From Ramazzottius varieornatus (lineage: Eukaryota; Animalia; Tardigrada), in NCBI GenBank assembly GCA_001949185.1, contig BDGG01000001.1, forward strand, positions 1,298,263 through 1,362,262: DNA of 64,000 nucleotides, written 5' to 3'. A model generated the notes under the pieces. It ran no database searches and was not told the DNA's origin. It saw nothing but the letters and a program-made list of their open reading frames with translations. A program made the translations under genes and the position numbers. The number at the start of each line of letters is the position of its first letter. The stretch's first letter is position 1. Shown piece after piece: positions 36,561 to 50,663 of this stretch.

Positions 36561-37647
36561 TAAGAAAAAAGACTAGCCATTGTATTGATACGTCTCGATT
36601 TTTTACTGAAACAGCATTACACGAACGGGACCCTGCTGACTCTTTCCCCCGACTGCGACATCCATTATTTTATTTCAGTTACTGTACTTCTGCGCTGTGT
36701 ATTGTTACAAAATTTCGGCATTCTTGGTTGAATTACAGGCAATAATTTTAATGGAGTAGCATACACTGTAACAAAATATCTTTGCTGCGAGAGTACTGTG
36801 ATCGAACCGATAGATTTGCTGTTCTATTACTTCTTCGGAAAAGCCTACCGTGTTCGGAATTCTCAAAATTTGGTTCAAATATCGGTTCGTAATTAACGGT
36901 CAATGTTCAGCCAAGACTTGGTTCAGCAGAGTGGAGTATATACCAGAAAACATTTCCAGCGTCACGCTATTAAGGCAGCAGGTACAACAACACTATACGC
37001 GCACTATCGATACAAGAGTTAGAGCGATGGAAGCTTGGACAGCCAGTTGGCGCTTGCGGTGGCGCCACCAGCTCCCCCGAAACAGGTGATTGTGTTGCTG
37101 CATCAGCACAGCTCAGATCTCAAACTCTACCGTAACGTTGTGCTGCCTTTTTGTGTCTTCAGACTTTCGGCTTACAGGGATTGGAAGCATGTGGGTTCTG
37201 TGTACACAACATGCTTGTAGGGGTCATTTAGGGCATGAGAAAGAGGCGATTGCTGAGAACGGACCCGCTTGTGCCTCCTGTTTCCGATGTATCTACGGCT
37301 GGCGATGGCCAATGGTCAATAGGATAGCTGATAAGAGGAGACCGCTGGACGGTAAGATGATACTACACCATAAATCATTTCCCTTAGCGATGGCGACGAT
37401 CAGCAGGCCCTCTAAAAGCGGCATGACATTACTAAGACCAGAATCTCGAAAAGGAGGAATTTGTTCGCCCAGATGGACAACGGATATCTCGCTAGCTAGA
37501 CATATCAAGCATATGTCAAGCAGACACTCGATCTTCATTGTTAGAATTTGGGCACTTTGAGCTTCCGTGCAACCGAAGATGGCTTCGTGATAAGCATATG
37601 ACGAAAATCTGCAGAAGCTTAATTTTCTCCTAATCATTAGAGTGAAC

Positions 37648-37806
37648 TACTGTAGTGCTACCAAATTATCGCGCACTGAACCACGTGATGAGTCATCGCT
37701 GCCCCGGGGTGATCAGATGTTATCAGTTTAGCCTCGCAGGCTCTCACCCGGGCATCATTTACTGTTCACGTGGTTGAGTGCGCGATAATTTGGTAGCATT
37801 ACAGTA
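37648..37806. mobile_element. MITE family A, copy 2 (complete)
   Basis: TIRs of about 40 bp: tactgtagtgctaccaaattatcgcgcact..aaccacgtga and tcacgtggttgagtgcgcgataatttggtagcattacagta, with TA ends. Confidence 0.85.
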
Positions 37807-39988
37807 ATTGGAGCAGAATACTTGTCAAGTCTTTAAGTTTTGATGAGTTTTACCAGCCTCTGGTTTGACTGGTCGGACTGTAAAGTTTCATCATACTTCC
37901 TTGATCATTATATTTCAACCGATGCTGTGATGATTGTTTCAAGGCGAGAGACTATTAAGCGTTGCTGTGAAGTATGTGAAGAGCTTAGCCGATTTTACAA
38001 AGAGCCTCCTGGAAAGTGGTCCACGGCTACACGAGGAGCGAGAGCATCTGATTCAACATCATGAGCGGCCTCAGTGATAACATCGCAATACAAAAGCCGG
38101 CTTTATTTGTTGATGTGCTTTTTCCTGTGGGCAAACATCGAGTGTTGGGGCGGACAGCTCTATACTTTAAAGTTAACGCTTCAAAGGCTGTTAAAATGCA
38201 TGCGGTGTGTAGTTGAAGTACGAGGTTATTAATGATGCCGTGGTACACTTTGAGTTTGTCGATGATCCAGAATAGCCTCACAACCTATGCCGTTACAAAT
38301 CTACCATGAGCCATGGCTATAGTCTGAATCAAAGTGGGTCAAGCCGGTAGTCGCCAGCTTACACAGCTGCCAACTGGGCATAAGGCTTCCTCTACGGGTC
38401 GATTTACGGCTCGATGCCGAAAGCCGAATCGATAAGATAGCTCAGCAGTTGGCGGCGCACAGCCGACACCCAGCTGCAGTCAGTCTGCGGCTGATGAAGT
38501 AACAAAAAAACCCTCACAGAGTTCAATGCTTTGTCCTGTTAGCAATCCTGCATCTTTCCCAGCAACACGCCAGAATTTTAAAACTGTCAAATTAAGAAAT
38601 TGTGGAATCTACAGATGACTAGAAGCGACGACGTATATTGGAGAGAAAAGCAAACACACTGACAGGGGGCAAGCGAAGATATGTTCGAAGATAGGTTATC
38701 TAGAAGGTCCGGAATCTAGATTGATTCCGGAGCCCGAAGTACTGGTTAGCTTTGAGATGAAAACAAGCGGCTCGAATTATAAAGACCGGTGGTGCCCGAG
38801 TGGGCGGTCGTAGAGCCTCAAATTATTCAGACACAGGCCATTGGATCGATTTTCCAGACTGTTATGAGAGCCAGGCTGTGTCTGCGCAGCGGCCAAGGCA
38901 ATCGGCGTAAGCGAAGCTGCCTGTCCTGTCTCGCTGCTTTCGTTTTGGCTACGCTGATTCACGATTCATGAATCATGAATGCGTCTCATTCTGCTCATTG
39001 AGATCAGCCCGGCAGCAGCTTCACTTGCACTTTTCTGGCTTTATTCATTCTGACTCTCCTGCTGGACTGACCACGGCTTTGTTCCCGTCCCACATCTCTT
39101 CTATTCGCGTCTGGACCACACGGGATATGTCCAGCATCTTTGTGTGGGAGTAAGCTATTATTGCTCAACGCGGCGCTATTTCATCAGCATCTGTTTCGCT
39201 TGATTGTGTGAAACGCTACTGGTAGGTCATGGTTAAAATTGAACCTCGGTTTTGATTTGATTGTTTGTAAACGTTCAGCGTTAAGAGACAAATGCAGTCT
39301 CGTACCTTCCTGATGCAATCTGCTAAAACTTGGTGCAGTTCTTTTGAAACTCGTAGTTGAGTTTTTCGTGGTAGCGTGTTGATTCATTGATCGGTTTGAT
39401 TCGTCTTGGCGCAAAATATTGCAGCACGCGTTTTGTTTTCGTCGTTTCAGGTGAGCTTGCCGGACAAGTGTGGGATGCTAGACAGTCCTAACATACTTCA
39501 AACTCTTCTGGATTATAAATAGGACTAAGAATGCCCAGTTCCAGCCTGGTTGCTCCAGCGTATTCTGGCCTCGACGCTGCCATGGCTTCGTTGTCCAACG
39601 GACCACTCGGTTAGTGAGACTGAAACTTGACTGGCTACCTTTTGCTTCAGCTGGCTTTGCTCGGCTCTTACTCGCTCTGCTGCACTTTATCTTGCCACCA
39701 CCACAGAGTTCAAGTTCAATAATACCAGTGTGATGGTCGGGGCTTTTCCTCGAAAATTTCATACTGGTTTTGCCACATTTCCTTCCGAGGCGTGTCGCAA
39801 TAAAGACACTATCTTGCAGCTGACAATACTGAATCAGCAGCATCACCAATGACTCTTGTCGCTGATCTCATCAATCTCCCTTCTTTTACAGTCACCGCTT
39901 TCCATTAACGATCCATTGAGAAATTAGAAAAGTTACGATAAGAGCAGTGGAAGCAGTCGAGAAAAATCGTTTGTTTTTCTTCCAAAAC

Positions 39989-42900
39989 ATGAAATCATTG
40001 AAATCCACAGATGCAGGTTAATTTCGATGGAGCAATCGTGACAAATAAAATTTGTATTACCACGTGATACTCTACTGTTCTCGCAGTGTGAGCTGACACG
40101 TGGGTGTCCTGTTGTTTGGTTTCGGGATACCTGTTTCCTTCGCAGTGCCTACCAAAATGCGTGCCGGTCTATGGTGAGCCATGAGGTGGTGTCTCGACCA
40201 CCTGCAGTGGAATTTCACTTTTGCAGCTGTTGTTGGTTAATAAAATGCCTCATCGATCGATCGCAATCAGTAATCCGTGACTGATCAGCATGTTTTGTTT
40301 CCCTTTCTGCAGAATGCGATCAAAGAGCGGCCTTGCAGCTGGCGTTGCAGTTGAGCAGCTTCCACCTTCAACCGACCGAAGGACTTCCGTCCATGTACAT
40401 GTACAACAATGCCCTGCGCTACGCTGGGGGACCCCCATCGCCCAACACCATCACGGCAGCCGCAGCCGCCGCTGCTCTCTCCCTCAAAAGAACCCAGAAT
40501 ACGACGGAATGTGTGGCAGTCCCCACTTCAGAACATGTGGCCGAAATCGTGGGGAAACAAGGTGGGTAACCGTCTGCTTTAAAAGCCTCTTGTGATCTGA
40601 ATGTGCTGTCAAGGCCGTGCCGCAGCCATGATCTAACGGTGTCTGACACGAACCGGTCGGTTACGAGGGGTTTCGGTCCCGGGCGGTTCCCAAGTGGGGC
40701 CTAATGATTTTCAATGATTTCCCAAAACAATTAGGGTTCGTGAATCAGTCGATAAGATTAGCTTGGAATAAGGTCAATTTTGGTTTCGAGTCTACGTTTC
40801 CGTGGGGATTTCAAAGCGTGTCATTTCTCTAAGTGCTATCGAGCTGTCTGAGCGGTGCTCTGTTTGCAGTGAGGAGTTTACTTTGTGTGGAAGATAATTT
40901 ACGAGGTGTATCAAAGGTGGAAGTTTGAGTGTAGGCAAGACTAACTAAGAATCTAGTTGGTCTTGGTGTAGGAAAGCAGGACAGTCCATTCCACCGAAAT
41001 CGGTAATAGCTCGCTGGCGGTCAGACGACAACCGTGCTTTCCATAATCGCCGAACAAAGACTGGGGATAAGATAAAAGTATGCTCAAACAAAGGCTTTCC
41101 TGTGTCAAGTCTCCGGCACGGCTCAAAGCTCTCGCAATAGAAGGGAAGTTGGGGGAGCAGGAGGGCAAGTTGAACGCTTTCTCTTCCAGGCCAAAGTTGT
41201 CAATTCTGAGCTCAGAGCTTGAAACAAAAGAGATTAGAAATGCCACCCCATTTCATTCCCCTTCGTTAGCTCATCGAATGGGTTCGTTTACAGATCGGAA
41301 CAGCGGTGGGTAATTATGAAAGATAGAGGAAGAGAGACTCTTTGTCTAGTCCGAAGCAGCGAAACTCAACTTACCGGACCTGATTTCCGTTTTGGAGCTT
41401 GTCTTCTTTTCTTTGCGCACTTAATTCTGTTTCAACTTCGCATATGTTTCTGGAATTCTAAAGATGGGTACTTATCACAGCAAAATCACCAGACCACCTG
41501 CAAAAGCAAGAAAGTCGAGTGTGAAGGAAGTTAAGGCAGACGGAAGTAACGAGAAGTTGAACGTTGGTTAGTTGAGCAATGAAATGAAGGCCTAGTCAAC
41601 CATCAATTCGCGATGAAGTCACTGTGCTGCAACGTATTTCTAGGTACGGTGAATCCGAGACTTGTCAAGCTGGGTTTCTTACGACTCGTAAGTGGACCTT
41701 GGTCAGATCGAAGGCATCGAACTTGAGCACTCCTTTGAGAAAGTATTTTACAGAACCTGAAAGGATGTTTTGAGTGCAGGAAAGACGTGCTCGAATGGGC
41801 TGCTTATGTTTGTACAGTGGTCGACGAGTGTGAAGTTTCACCGCTGAAAATTTATGATATCTCGAGTCGGTCACTTTGTAGAGATCTCGAGGGGATTAAA
41901 TGCTTGCTGAAGCCGGATATCACGGGGAGGCTGGAGATGGAGCGAGATGTCTCCGCGTCTTGTTTTCGTGGCTTCAAAAAGCCGAAGCATGACAGACGCT
42001 CGAAGGCGACGAGTGGTACGAAGCTTGGGTTGCCTTGATCTGGGTCAATCAATATTTAACGACATAAAGTAGCAATCACCCACAGAAAGTTTCAAAGCCA
42101 GCCGAGAGTTAACTGAAGAGGAAGCAGCGACGTTGAATCGTCGTGGCGGAAATGGAAAAGTCAGACGGAGAAATCGATGAAACTGATCAACCGTTAAAAG
42201 TTCGAGTCTGGTGACATGCTAGCGTTTGAATGACACCACGTGGAAACTTTTCATCAGCGGGAGTAAGAATTTTCTTGGGCAAACCAACACGACAAGATCG
42301 TTTGCTCAGATGGCGCACGTTTCAGCACTATTCGACGATAGGGTACGCCATTTAGAAAAGCGATCTTCCCGAGCTCAAAGTGGCGCACATTTCCAGTGTT
42401 GATGGCTGAAATCGTGTTCCAATTGGGCGAACAGTGTTGTGGAGGTCGTTTACCGAGCACCCAACTGATTTTTCGGCCTTGTTCTTGCAGGCTGTAAGAT
42501 CAAAGCGCTAAGGACAAAGACCAATACGTACATCAAGACGCCAGTCCGGAATGAAGAGCCTGTCTTCGTGATTACGGGAAGAAGAGAGGATGTGGAGATC
42601 GCCAAGGCGGAAATCGTCCAAGCTGCCGACCACTTTACACAGATTCGCGCGCAGCGACGCCTTCATCCACCTCCGCACGTCCCTGGACAGGTATGAACGG
42701 ATCAAAACCCTCGCAAACGTTTTCATTAGAACCGACAGATTTTCTGAAATGAAGAGTAATTTTCGATTGGGATTTTGAAAGTGGAACACTGAATTTTACG
42801 GAATGTCGATTCTGCAGGTGACGGTCACGATGCAAGTTCCGCTTCGACTAGTCGGCCTTATCGTTGGACCCAAAGGGCAGACCATCAAGAAGATCCAACA

Positions 42901-44287
42901 AGACACTGCCACGTACGTCATTACACCCGGAAGAGACAAAGACCCCATCTTCGAGATCACGGGCTGCCACGAAGGCGTCGAGCGCGCCAAAGAGCTGATC
43001 GAAGATCACGTTCTGGCTCGAACAGGTACTGTCCTCGATCTCCACCCTGTTCTTTAACGACCTTCTGAGCTCATGTTTGTAATTCTGTAGGCAACACACT
43101 GGAAGAGCTTCTGATTCAACAGAACGACCCTACGCGACAACGTTCCTCTTCGCTCGATGACCGAATTTGGAAGGACAGTATGGACATGTGGAAGGACGCA
43201 GACCGGCTATTCGGCGGCAGTCCGGATAACCTCAGCGGTGGATCACGAAAAGAATCTGACTGTAGGAATTTGAGTTATCTTTATCGAAATGATTTTTCAA
43301 ATTGGAATGGTTTCGGAATAAAAAGTCTTTGAAAAAGTTGTCAGATTATGAAATAAGCTCTTATTGTAGTTGGGAATTTTGACATTGGCTGCTGGAACGT
43401 GGCGCCCGAGTCGCCGACGCACGATTCGACCGGAAGCAACGTTGTCGGAGGAGGCAGTCAGTTCTTCTCACCGACCAAGCCTCAACGAAGTCTCAGCCTG
43501 GCCAATCCAATCGACATTGGCCACTTCGACTACATGAACAACGACCATCGACGAGCGACTCGACTCAACAGCGATCCCATCCCGGCCTTCGGGAGTATCG
43601 GAGCTTCCATCTGGAACGTCGGAAGCATCCAGAATGGCGGTGGAGGAAGTCTGCAGAACGGGCCGAGTTGGATGAAGAACGGAAGCGAGAATGGCTTCAA
43701 TGGCGGATCCAACTTTGGCTTTGGGAACGTGTTCAACAAGACCTCTCTCACTTCCAACGGTATGCTCTAAATTCCTCCGTTTCCCTACTTTCAACTTAGG
43801 ATCGATGTATCCAGTAATAGCTGAAGAATTCTCGCAAAAAAATCCTATGTGGCGCAGGTTTCCGGTGTTCTTGGCTAGACGTACACACCACTTGGAAACC
43901 TCGACAAGACTGTTGTTCGAGTGTGGTTAGCTGAGAGAGTGCGCCACTCGAAATATCGGTCTTGCACAAGTCTGTTAACGCAGTTTGCTCATGTCTGAAA
44001 CACTCATGCAACGTTGAAAATCAAATCTAAGTCAGAATCAGTATCTAAGTTAGTTACTGATTCTCCTGGCTGTTTCCACAGGTGATTCAGACTCGTCTTC
44101 GCCAGCAGAGTCGGTGGTCAGCCAGAAAATGAAGCGTGATTGCATGGTGTGCCAAGATCAAGAAATCGTGGCAGCGTTGGTTCCTTGTGGACACAACGCC
44201 TTCTGCATGGGTTGTGCACGTGGTCAACAACGCTGCCCGCTGTGCTACGAAGCGGTACAGACTGCCGTCCGGATCCAGATGGAGTGA
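39989..44287 (+). CDS. mex3: MEX-3 RNA-binding protein (2 KH domains + RING); first exon tentative
   Basis: [10 protein letters not shown]; KH1 [20 protein letters not shown]|[17 protein letters not shown]; KH2 [22 protein letters not shown]; RING CMVC...[14 protein letters not shown]...CPLC; TGA at 44285-44287. Confidence 0.93.
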
Positions 44288-46064
44288 AGGACGGAAGAAC
44301 CAGTACGCGAAAGGAAAGAAGTACCCGAAAGAAACAAGGTTGTTGTCGAGCTTGTTTCCGAACAGTGTCATTTCAACTTTTGTGAGTTTTAATGATTTTT
44401 TCTTCCTGCTCTCCTACTTCATTGCCCCCAGGATCTTCAGAGAAATTGGACCATGCAGCAGAGTCTTTTTTGTGTGTTCGTCGTGGAGAGGAGGAAGCAG
44501 TCTAGTATGTCAGTCATTATTTAGAATTTTCTATTGGAAGATGATGGTTTTTTCTCACTGCGAAAAATGGCAGTTTTGTTGGCCGAAGTTTTCCTCCTTC
44601 CTTGTTCGTATTCTTTTCCTCCTTCGTCTTCGGACTGCTCAGAAGTGCCGTTGTTGTTTCTGATGGAGATGTGGACGGAATTACGGACAAGAAAACTTTT
44701 TTGTTGTTGTGCTGCTTCCTTGAAAGTTCTGTTCTCTTCAAAACTCTCTTCGTGATACTATTTTGGCACCAAAAATATGGAATTGAAGCTATAAGTTAAG
44801 CGTGGATCTTTCTTCACCTACCATGTGTTATAAAATCATATCCTCTTATTCCTTTGCCATGGATTTTTGATTTGTTAACGACGATGTTGTTTTTGTTCCT
44901 CCTTTGTTCTTTTTCTACCGGAAGTTGTCTCTCGCATTGGTATTATCCCTTTTTAGCATCTGAATGGAAACCCCGAATTGTCCCCCTACAGTTTTTCTGA
45001 TTCAAATCTATTTATCCTGATGTGAATTCTATCTTTAATGAAAATGCACAGAATCAGTCCCTCTAATTCGCACAGAGAGACTCGACATTTCGGTCTCCTT
45101 CGTAATTTTAAACTGGGTTGTAAGGCGGCTAGTGAGATCATCGATCGGTCGCGTACTCTTGTCCGTCGACGGCGGTGATGTCAATGCGGACTCGGATTGA
45201 GCGTAAGCATCATCCTTTAGCATCAGTAATATGATTACTGAATTTGCGAAGGTTCGAAATCTGGTTACGATATATGAGGTTATGTACGTATAAAAGTCGC
45301 ACGTCCAGAGGCCACAGGATGTAATTCCTTAACCCTAGTACCGTAAACTAATCTATCGTAAGCAAATGTCCAACTTTCGCAGATTCAGTGCTCACTCTAC
45401 GATTCTATTGATAAGAACGGCCGGAGCAATGAAGCAGCTAACTTAGCCAAGCAGCTACGGCTAAGTTTCATGTCTTCTGCCGAGTCCTAGGTAGGTCCTT
45501 ATCGGGACTGGACAGAGAGCCAGGTTCAAGATCTGTCGGCTAGAGAAGGGCGTACATGAGAGGAGCCAGAAAGACTGCCGACGGCGTGATGGCTGGGCTA
45601 CGTTGTACCGCAGGATCCGGAATATCCAGTTGTCGGCTGAGGAACTTGTGTCTCAGTCTGCGCAGTTCAACTGTGTGGAGATGAACAGACAGCTCACTGA
45701 AGTCGCTTCAGTCCGATTCGACGATACCTACCACGCGGCCATGGAACAGATATTCCAGACCTGTTCAAGTTGTTAACGCTTCGAAGGTACACGTGTGAGT
45801 TCGTAACCTACGGCGCCGTTTCTACGATGAGTTGCCATCGAACCTGAGATGTTCCTTGAGATGTTTTACCAGCTCCAGCTGCCCGTTTGGAGGAAGAAGT
45901 AGGATAAGGAAGGTTTTGCTATAGCCTCCATCTGTTGCACCCATCCAGCAACCATCACCATTGTACACCATGAATTCATGCACCAGAACGGCTTCCAGCA
46001 CGAACACAACCGACCGGACCGGGATGAATACATTGCAATCCATTCGTCAAAAATGTGTACAATA

Positions 46065-46166
46065 GTTTTCGGTTTCATTCCGAGGCCTGCAAAACGTTCA
46101 CCGCACAGCATGCCAAGCTACGAGCTCGTACAGCCTAAAATCACCTAACACATGTATTACACAGTG
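46065..46166. repeat. Dispersed repeat, copy 2 (matches about 6575-6666)
   Basis: Shares caccgcacagcatgcca and cacatg(c/t)attacac with copy 1. Confidence 0.65.
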
Positions 46167-49100
46167 TTTCATAACAAGCAACAAAGATGCGTGAATTCGC
46201 TGACAATGAAGACGAGCTTTTACCATGATTCTTTGTGAAGATCGGAGAACCGCTGAGCGTGCAGTTCTTCATTAACTGGGACTGTGCGTTGCTGACATGA
46301 CACTCTCAGTATATACAGTACGTACACAAATTTTTGGAGGCAATACAGTATATTCCGTAGTAGCGAATCTAACAGGAAAATTATGGTCTTGACGCCGAAA
46401 GAGTATCCGAAATTGCGACGGCCTCGATGGCTGCGAGAAAGTAGACCCTTTTAGACGTACCAGTTGGAATGGCGGCGGCTACAGGACGAAAATAAACTCG
46501 TCAAAAGGTGAATCGGGCGGAGGCTACTAATTCAGGTCTGTTTGTTTCCGAATATGCTCGATCAAAGTTTGTGTGGTACTGTAACGCACAGCGCAGTTAG
46601 CGCACCTACCACTGTATCAATATATAGCGTATATGTTGTTGGGATTTTACCGTACATTGCTGTGCAGGTGGTTACCCATTTGTACCATTCTGGAGAAATC
46701 ACAAAGACGCTGAAAGAGTGGATGCAAAGAGGTTCTATTGTGATACAGCCACTTCTGGCAATCCGTACACCTTGTCTTTGCTTGATAAGTTCGCTAAGGA
46801 GAGTAATCTTGTCGGAACTAATAATCCTTTTGCGCTCCAAAAGCCATCACTGCTCTGGTGCAGAACATCGAAGGTATCGGGTGGCGGCAAACAATTGCTA
46901 ACAAGGTTAACCGCGATAACGCCTTGAATTCTTCTCTTAGACTAGACTTGTCTGTTTGACACAGAATTTAATTTTTGAGTTTTGTTATAGTAATGATTCC
47001 GCATATCACCCGCACCACAGAAAATACTCCGCGTACACGCGCCTGGTCTGATTCCCGGCCAGACAAAACTGCCGGCCACCGGCCGAAAGCGGCAGCGCTT
47101 CGATTGATTGGCCACTTTTTCCTAGTCAGACAGCCTAAAAGATAGTACTCCTTCTAAAAATTTTAGCTACTTCCACCAACGAAAAAGCTCGTGTTATGAA
47201 GTCGTCCCGAGAGGGAAACCGAATTCAACCTCACTCTACAGAAGGCAGTGAAATTGTTCCAGCTTTGGCCCGCGAAAGAGTTCGTATTCCGGAAAAGTAG
47301 AACCTTTTTTGTGGAGCGCTCCGTAGTCCAAAGTTGCATTGCAATTAAATTACATTATAGCCGTCCGTTTTACAGCAACACAAAACCTTTAAAACCCCGG
47401 CTGCATCGACTGTGGCCGTATCAGACCAGTGTTGTACGATGGCGTACGCTTCTGTGCCAGCAAGCACGGCGCACAGACAACACGGTCAGCAATTTGGGAA
47501 GTTGCACTGAGAGAAAAACGCAGCTGGGCTTGCCAGACTGCCGTGTGAGTCAGCAATTTGTGGCGGTATAAGAAGCTCTTCCGCGCACCAGTCTGAACAT
47601 TGCGAACATGTATCAGTCGGAGCGATCATACGATCTGATATGGGCCCTCCTCCGTCACCCCACACAGGCAGCAAGCGTGCTGAAACGTCACGTTTTGAAT
47701 GACCAGTTAAAAACTCCGCCTAGGAAAGACGCCTATTAGCCTATAAATTACATGGCCACCCCATTGTTCTGTTAGTCTGCACGCACTGACACACTCCGCA
47801 TCGTCTATTCGCCATACCACGGCATGCATTCTGTGTGACGTAATCCAGTAGCACATTTTTTAGACTCCCTGCATTACGTCATGTTTCTTTTTGACAAAGT
47901 TCGCTTCATAAAGCGCCATCAAACCTTATGAGCGCACACGCTGCGTTGCATCAGCGTGGTAGTCTTTGATTTCTGCCGGAAAATTTCCAACAATGCCAGC
48001 TTCCTTTGGGTTCACGTGGACTTATCCACATTGAGACCACCTCAAACGTATTCTGCCTTATCTCGGAGAACCTCCGCTGTTTGGATAGTGGAACACTGGC
48101 CGACCCATCAGCTGTCGGGTAAGTGTGGGTTTGAGCAGATGTCCAAGTCATAACTACCGATGGCAAGATTTTTATGGATGATTCTTGATTACCGAATTTC
48201 AGATATGCCAGATCCAATGGGAGACTCTCGTTCAGGCACCTGGTGCGTCTATTTCCAGTTCTCATGGTAAACCTAGATTTCTGAAACAGATTAGAAGAGG
48301 CTCTTCTTCAGCATTCTTCAGAGATTTGTGTTGGGAAACGCGGACGGAATGTGTACTTGTTTTTGCAGGCACTGGCGCTGACAACGCCGGTTGGACCATT
48401 TGGGCTTACCCTTCCATCCCTCTGCAGACCTCCGATTCGTCCGAACATCTTCTTTCGCCACACGGGTACTGGTTACGCTCTGCTAAGTTCGCAATGCTGG
48501 CCTCTATGAGCTATACCGCCCCGTGATCAACCTGAATCCGTATTTTTTCCGAAGTTGACATTACACAGCGGTTTTCCCCAGCAGATCTAGTCGGCCTATT
48601 AACGGTCCTATCCTCTGCTCTTTTGTTTTTGATTTGAACATCAATCGAATAAAGTTCTGACTCCTCCGAATCCGTGAGAGCTGGTAACGTACTGTAGAAA
48701 AAAGGAAGGAAGCGGTGGCAAGAACTGGACTTGTGGGAGCTTGCCCATGAAGCTGCGAAAAAGACATCGAAAAATTTCCAAATATCGGTAGTGTGATGGG
48801 CGCAAAATAACGTTGCGCTTAGGCAGAGTCTATGGCTTAGGTTTACCGATTGCACCGTGAATCTGCTAACGAAAGTTGGCTCCACATTTTCCAAAAAGGG
48901 TACGAAATACTCTGCCAAAAATGGCTTCTGTCGGACCACGGTTCGGCCAGTAGCTGGCAATTCTTACCAGGTCGGGAATTAGGCCAGGTGCGTGTACTGC
49001 CTTGAAGTATACACCGCAGACGCTACCGTTTGTTCCGAACTTTTGAAATTTCAAAAATTGACGAAGTTAAGTAAAATAAATTGATACTGTCGCTATCTGA

Positions 49101-49210
49101 CAAGTGTCCGAACACTGCAACCGATCCGCAAGAGGGCGCTGCATGTTGTCAACCGCAATTCCCATTCGGCCACACCCAGCTACAGAGGGCCTCACAGCTG
49201 TGAGCACGAC

Positions 49211-49555
49211 ATGAACATGGCGGGCTTGTCAATGTAATATTACATGTCGAACTTGTCAGCGTCGGATCTGGCAAGATACTAGTCCGTTTTGCTTGCTTCT
49301 CGGTTTTTCAGATACAAAAACCTTGGGGAATCTAACCGTGCTGGTCCAGAAGCTAAGGAGAATACAGGGATTTCACGTCGGGTCCAACAGGAAGAGAGGT
49401 TTCTCCAGTGTTAAAAAGCCTGTGGGAAAATTATTCAGCGAGCCGCAAGGGGCACGCGTGTGTAGATATGGCAATAGAACGTGTCGCCACCGCGCGGCCT
49501 GAAAGCTGGCAAGTTCGCCATGCGATTTGGCATTGACAAGTCCGCCATGTTCACT
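49211..49555. mobile_element. Inverted-repeat element (MITE-like)
   Basis: tgaacatggcgggcttgtcaatg...cgaacttgtcagc pairs with gctggcaagttcg...cattgacaagtccgccatgttca. Confidence 0.55.
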
Positions 49556-50663
49556 TCGTATTGCCTCGGTCAGAATACGGCGTCGATCATATACACAAAA
49601 ATAGAGACGGGATAAGTGCGATTAAGTTCGGTTTGGTATATTTCGATTCGGTAAATCCTCACACCGAATCGAAAGTCTCGGTATGAAGTCCACACCGATA
49701 TTCTCGGTTTGGTAAGTCGTCACACCGAAAAATCGGTAAACCAAAACATAAAAAACTCTCTTGTCAACGAAAACACCAGACGGAGCTAGCCCAAAACGGG
49801 GAGTTCGTAAGCTATTCGGTGTGTCTTCAGTTGGTAGAAGCATTTCCCCATACTGCGTGGTTTGGCTGACCAGCACCAAATACCGTGAAAAAGCCGGAAA
49901 ATTCCCGATATTGTTAAAGAATCGGTCAAATGCTTATCTTTCCGGGTCTTTCTGTATGTTTTGATTTACCTAAAGATTTCGATTTGGTGTCAATCTGGTG
50001 CGAACGCACACCGAAATCGATTTTTCGGTGGGGTGCTCACACCGATATTTTCGGTTTCGGTATCTTCTCACACCAAAACGAAAAGTTCGATTTAGTTTCG
50101 ATAAATCACACTTATCCCATCTCTACACAAAAAAACAATGCAAGCAATTGGGTGAGGTTTCGCATTTACGGTCTATTGTGGTTTCCGTGGCCTCATGTTC
50201 AAAGTGTCGGTGATCCCCTAGAGTCCGCTGAGACAGATGCCGCGGTCCGCGGTGATATGCGAAGATTCGGTGGATACCACTAAACAAGCTGTAGTTAGCT
50301 AAGCGATGGTATAATTAAGTTTCCATCACTGTGTTGCAATGCTCCACATATCAGCAGGCGAATTCATTAGGCAATCTGGTTCAATAAGCTTAAGAAAATT
50401 TGTCGATTAAGAAAATTGGTTCAATAAGCTTAAGAAAATTGGTCGATTAAGAGCGAAAAACGCTATCGCCACCACTGCGTTTGCTCGTTCTTCAAGCAGT
50501 TCGTTTGTTCTCCTCAATTGGACAACAAGACCCAGAAAGCAATACAACAATAAGAGAACAGATGCAGTATAAAAGGGGAAAAAAGTACGCGCAGGGAATT
50601 CAGGGTTCGCAGATGTCATGGTAGCTTTTAGGATATCACAGTTACCGCCTGCCCCAGAGAACC

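Noticed and set aside
37840-38310. Gustatory-receptor-like ending (SLTTYAV)
   Set aside because: The motif is too short and there is no supporting multi-TM frame.
39120-39150. CPASLCG exon as the mex-3 start (resembles the MPASL start of some homologs)
   Set aside because: No in-frame ATG after the upstream stop; the exon starting at 39989 fits the phase and has an ATG.
45240-46110. Open stretches of about 90 codons that might be a transposase remnant
   Set aside because: No identifiable catalytic motifs.
49620-50110. Repeated accga/tcggt motifs
   Set aside because: Probably degenerate transposon subterminal repeats; boundaries could not be defined.
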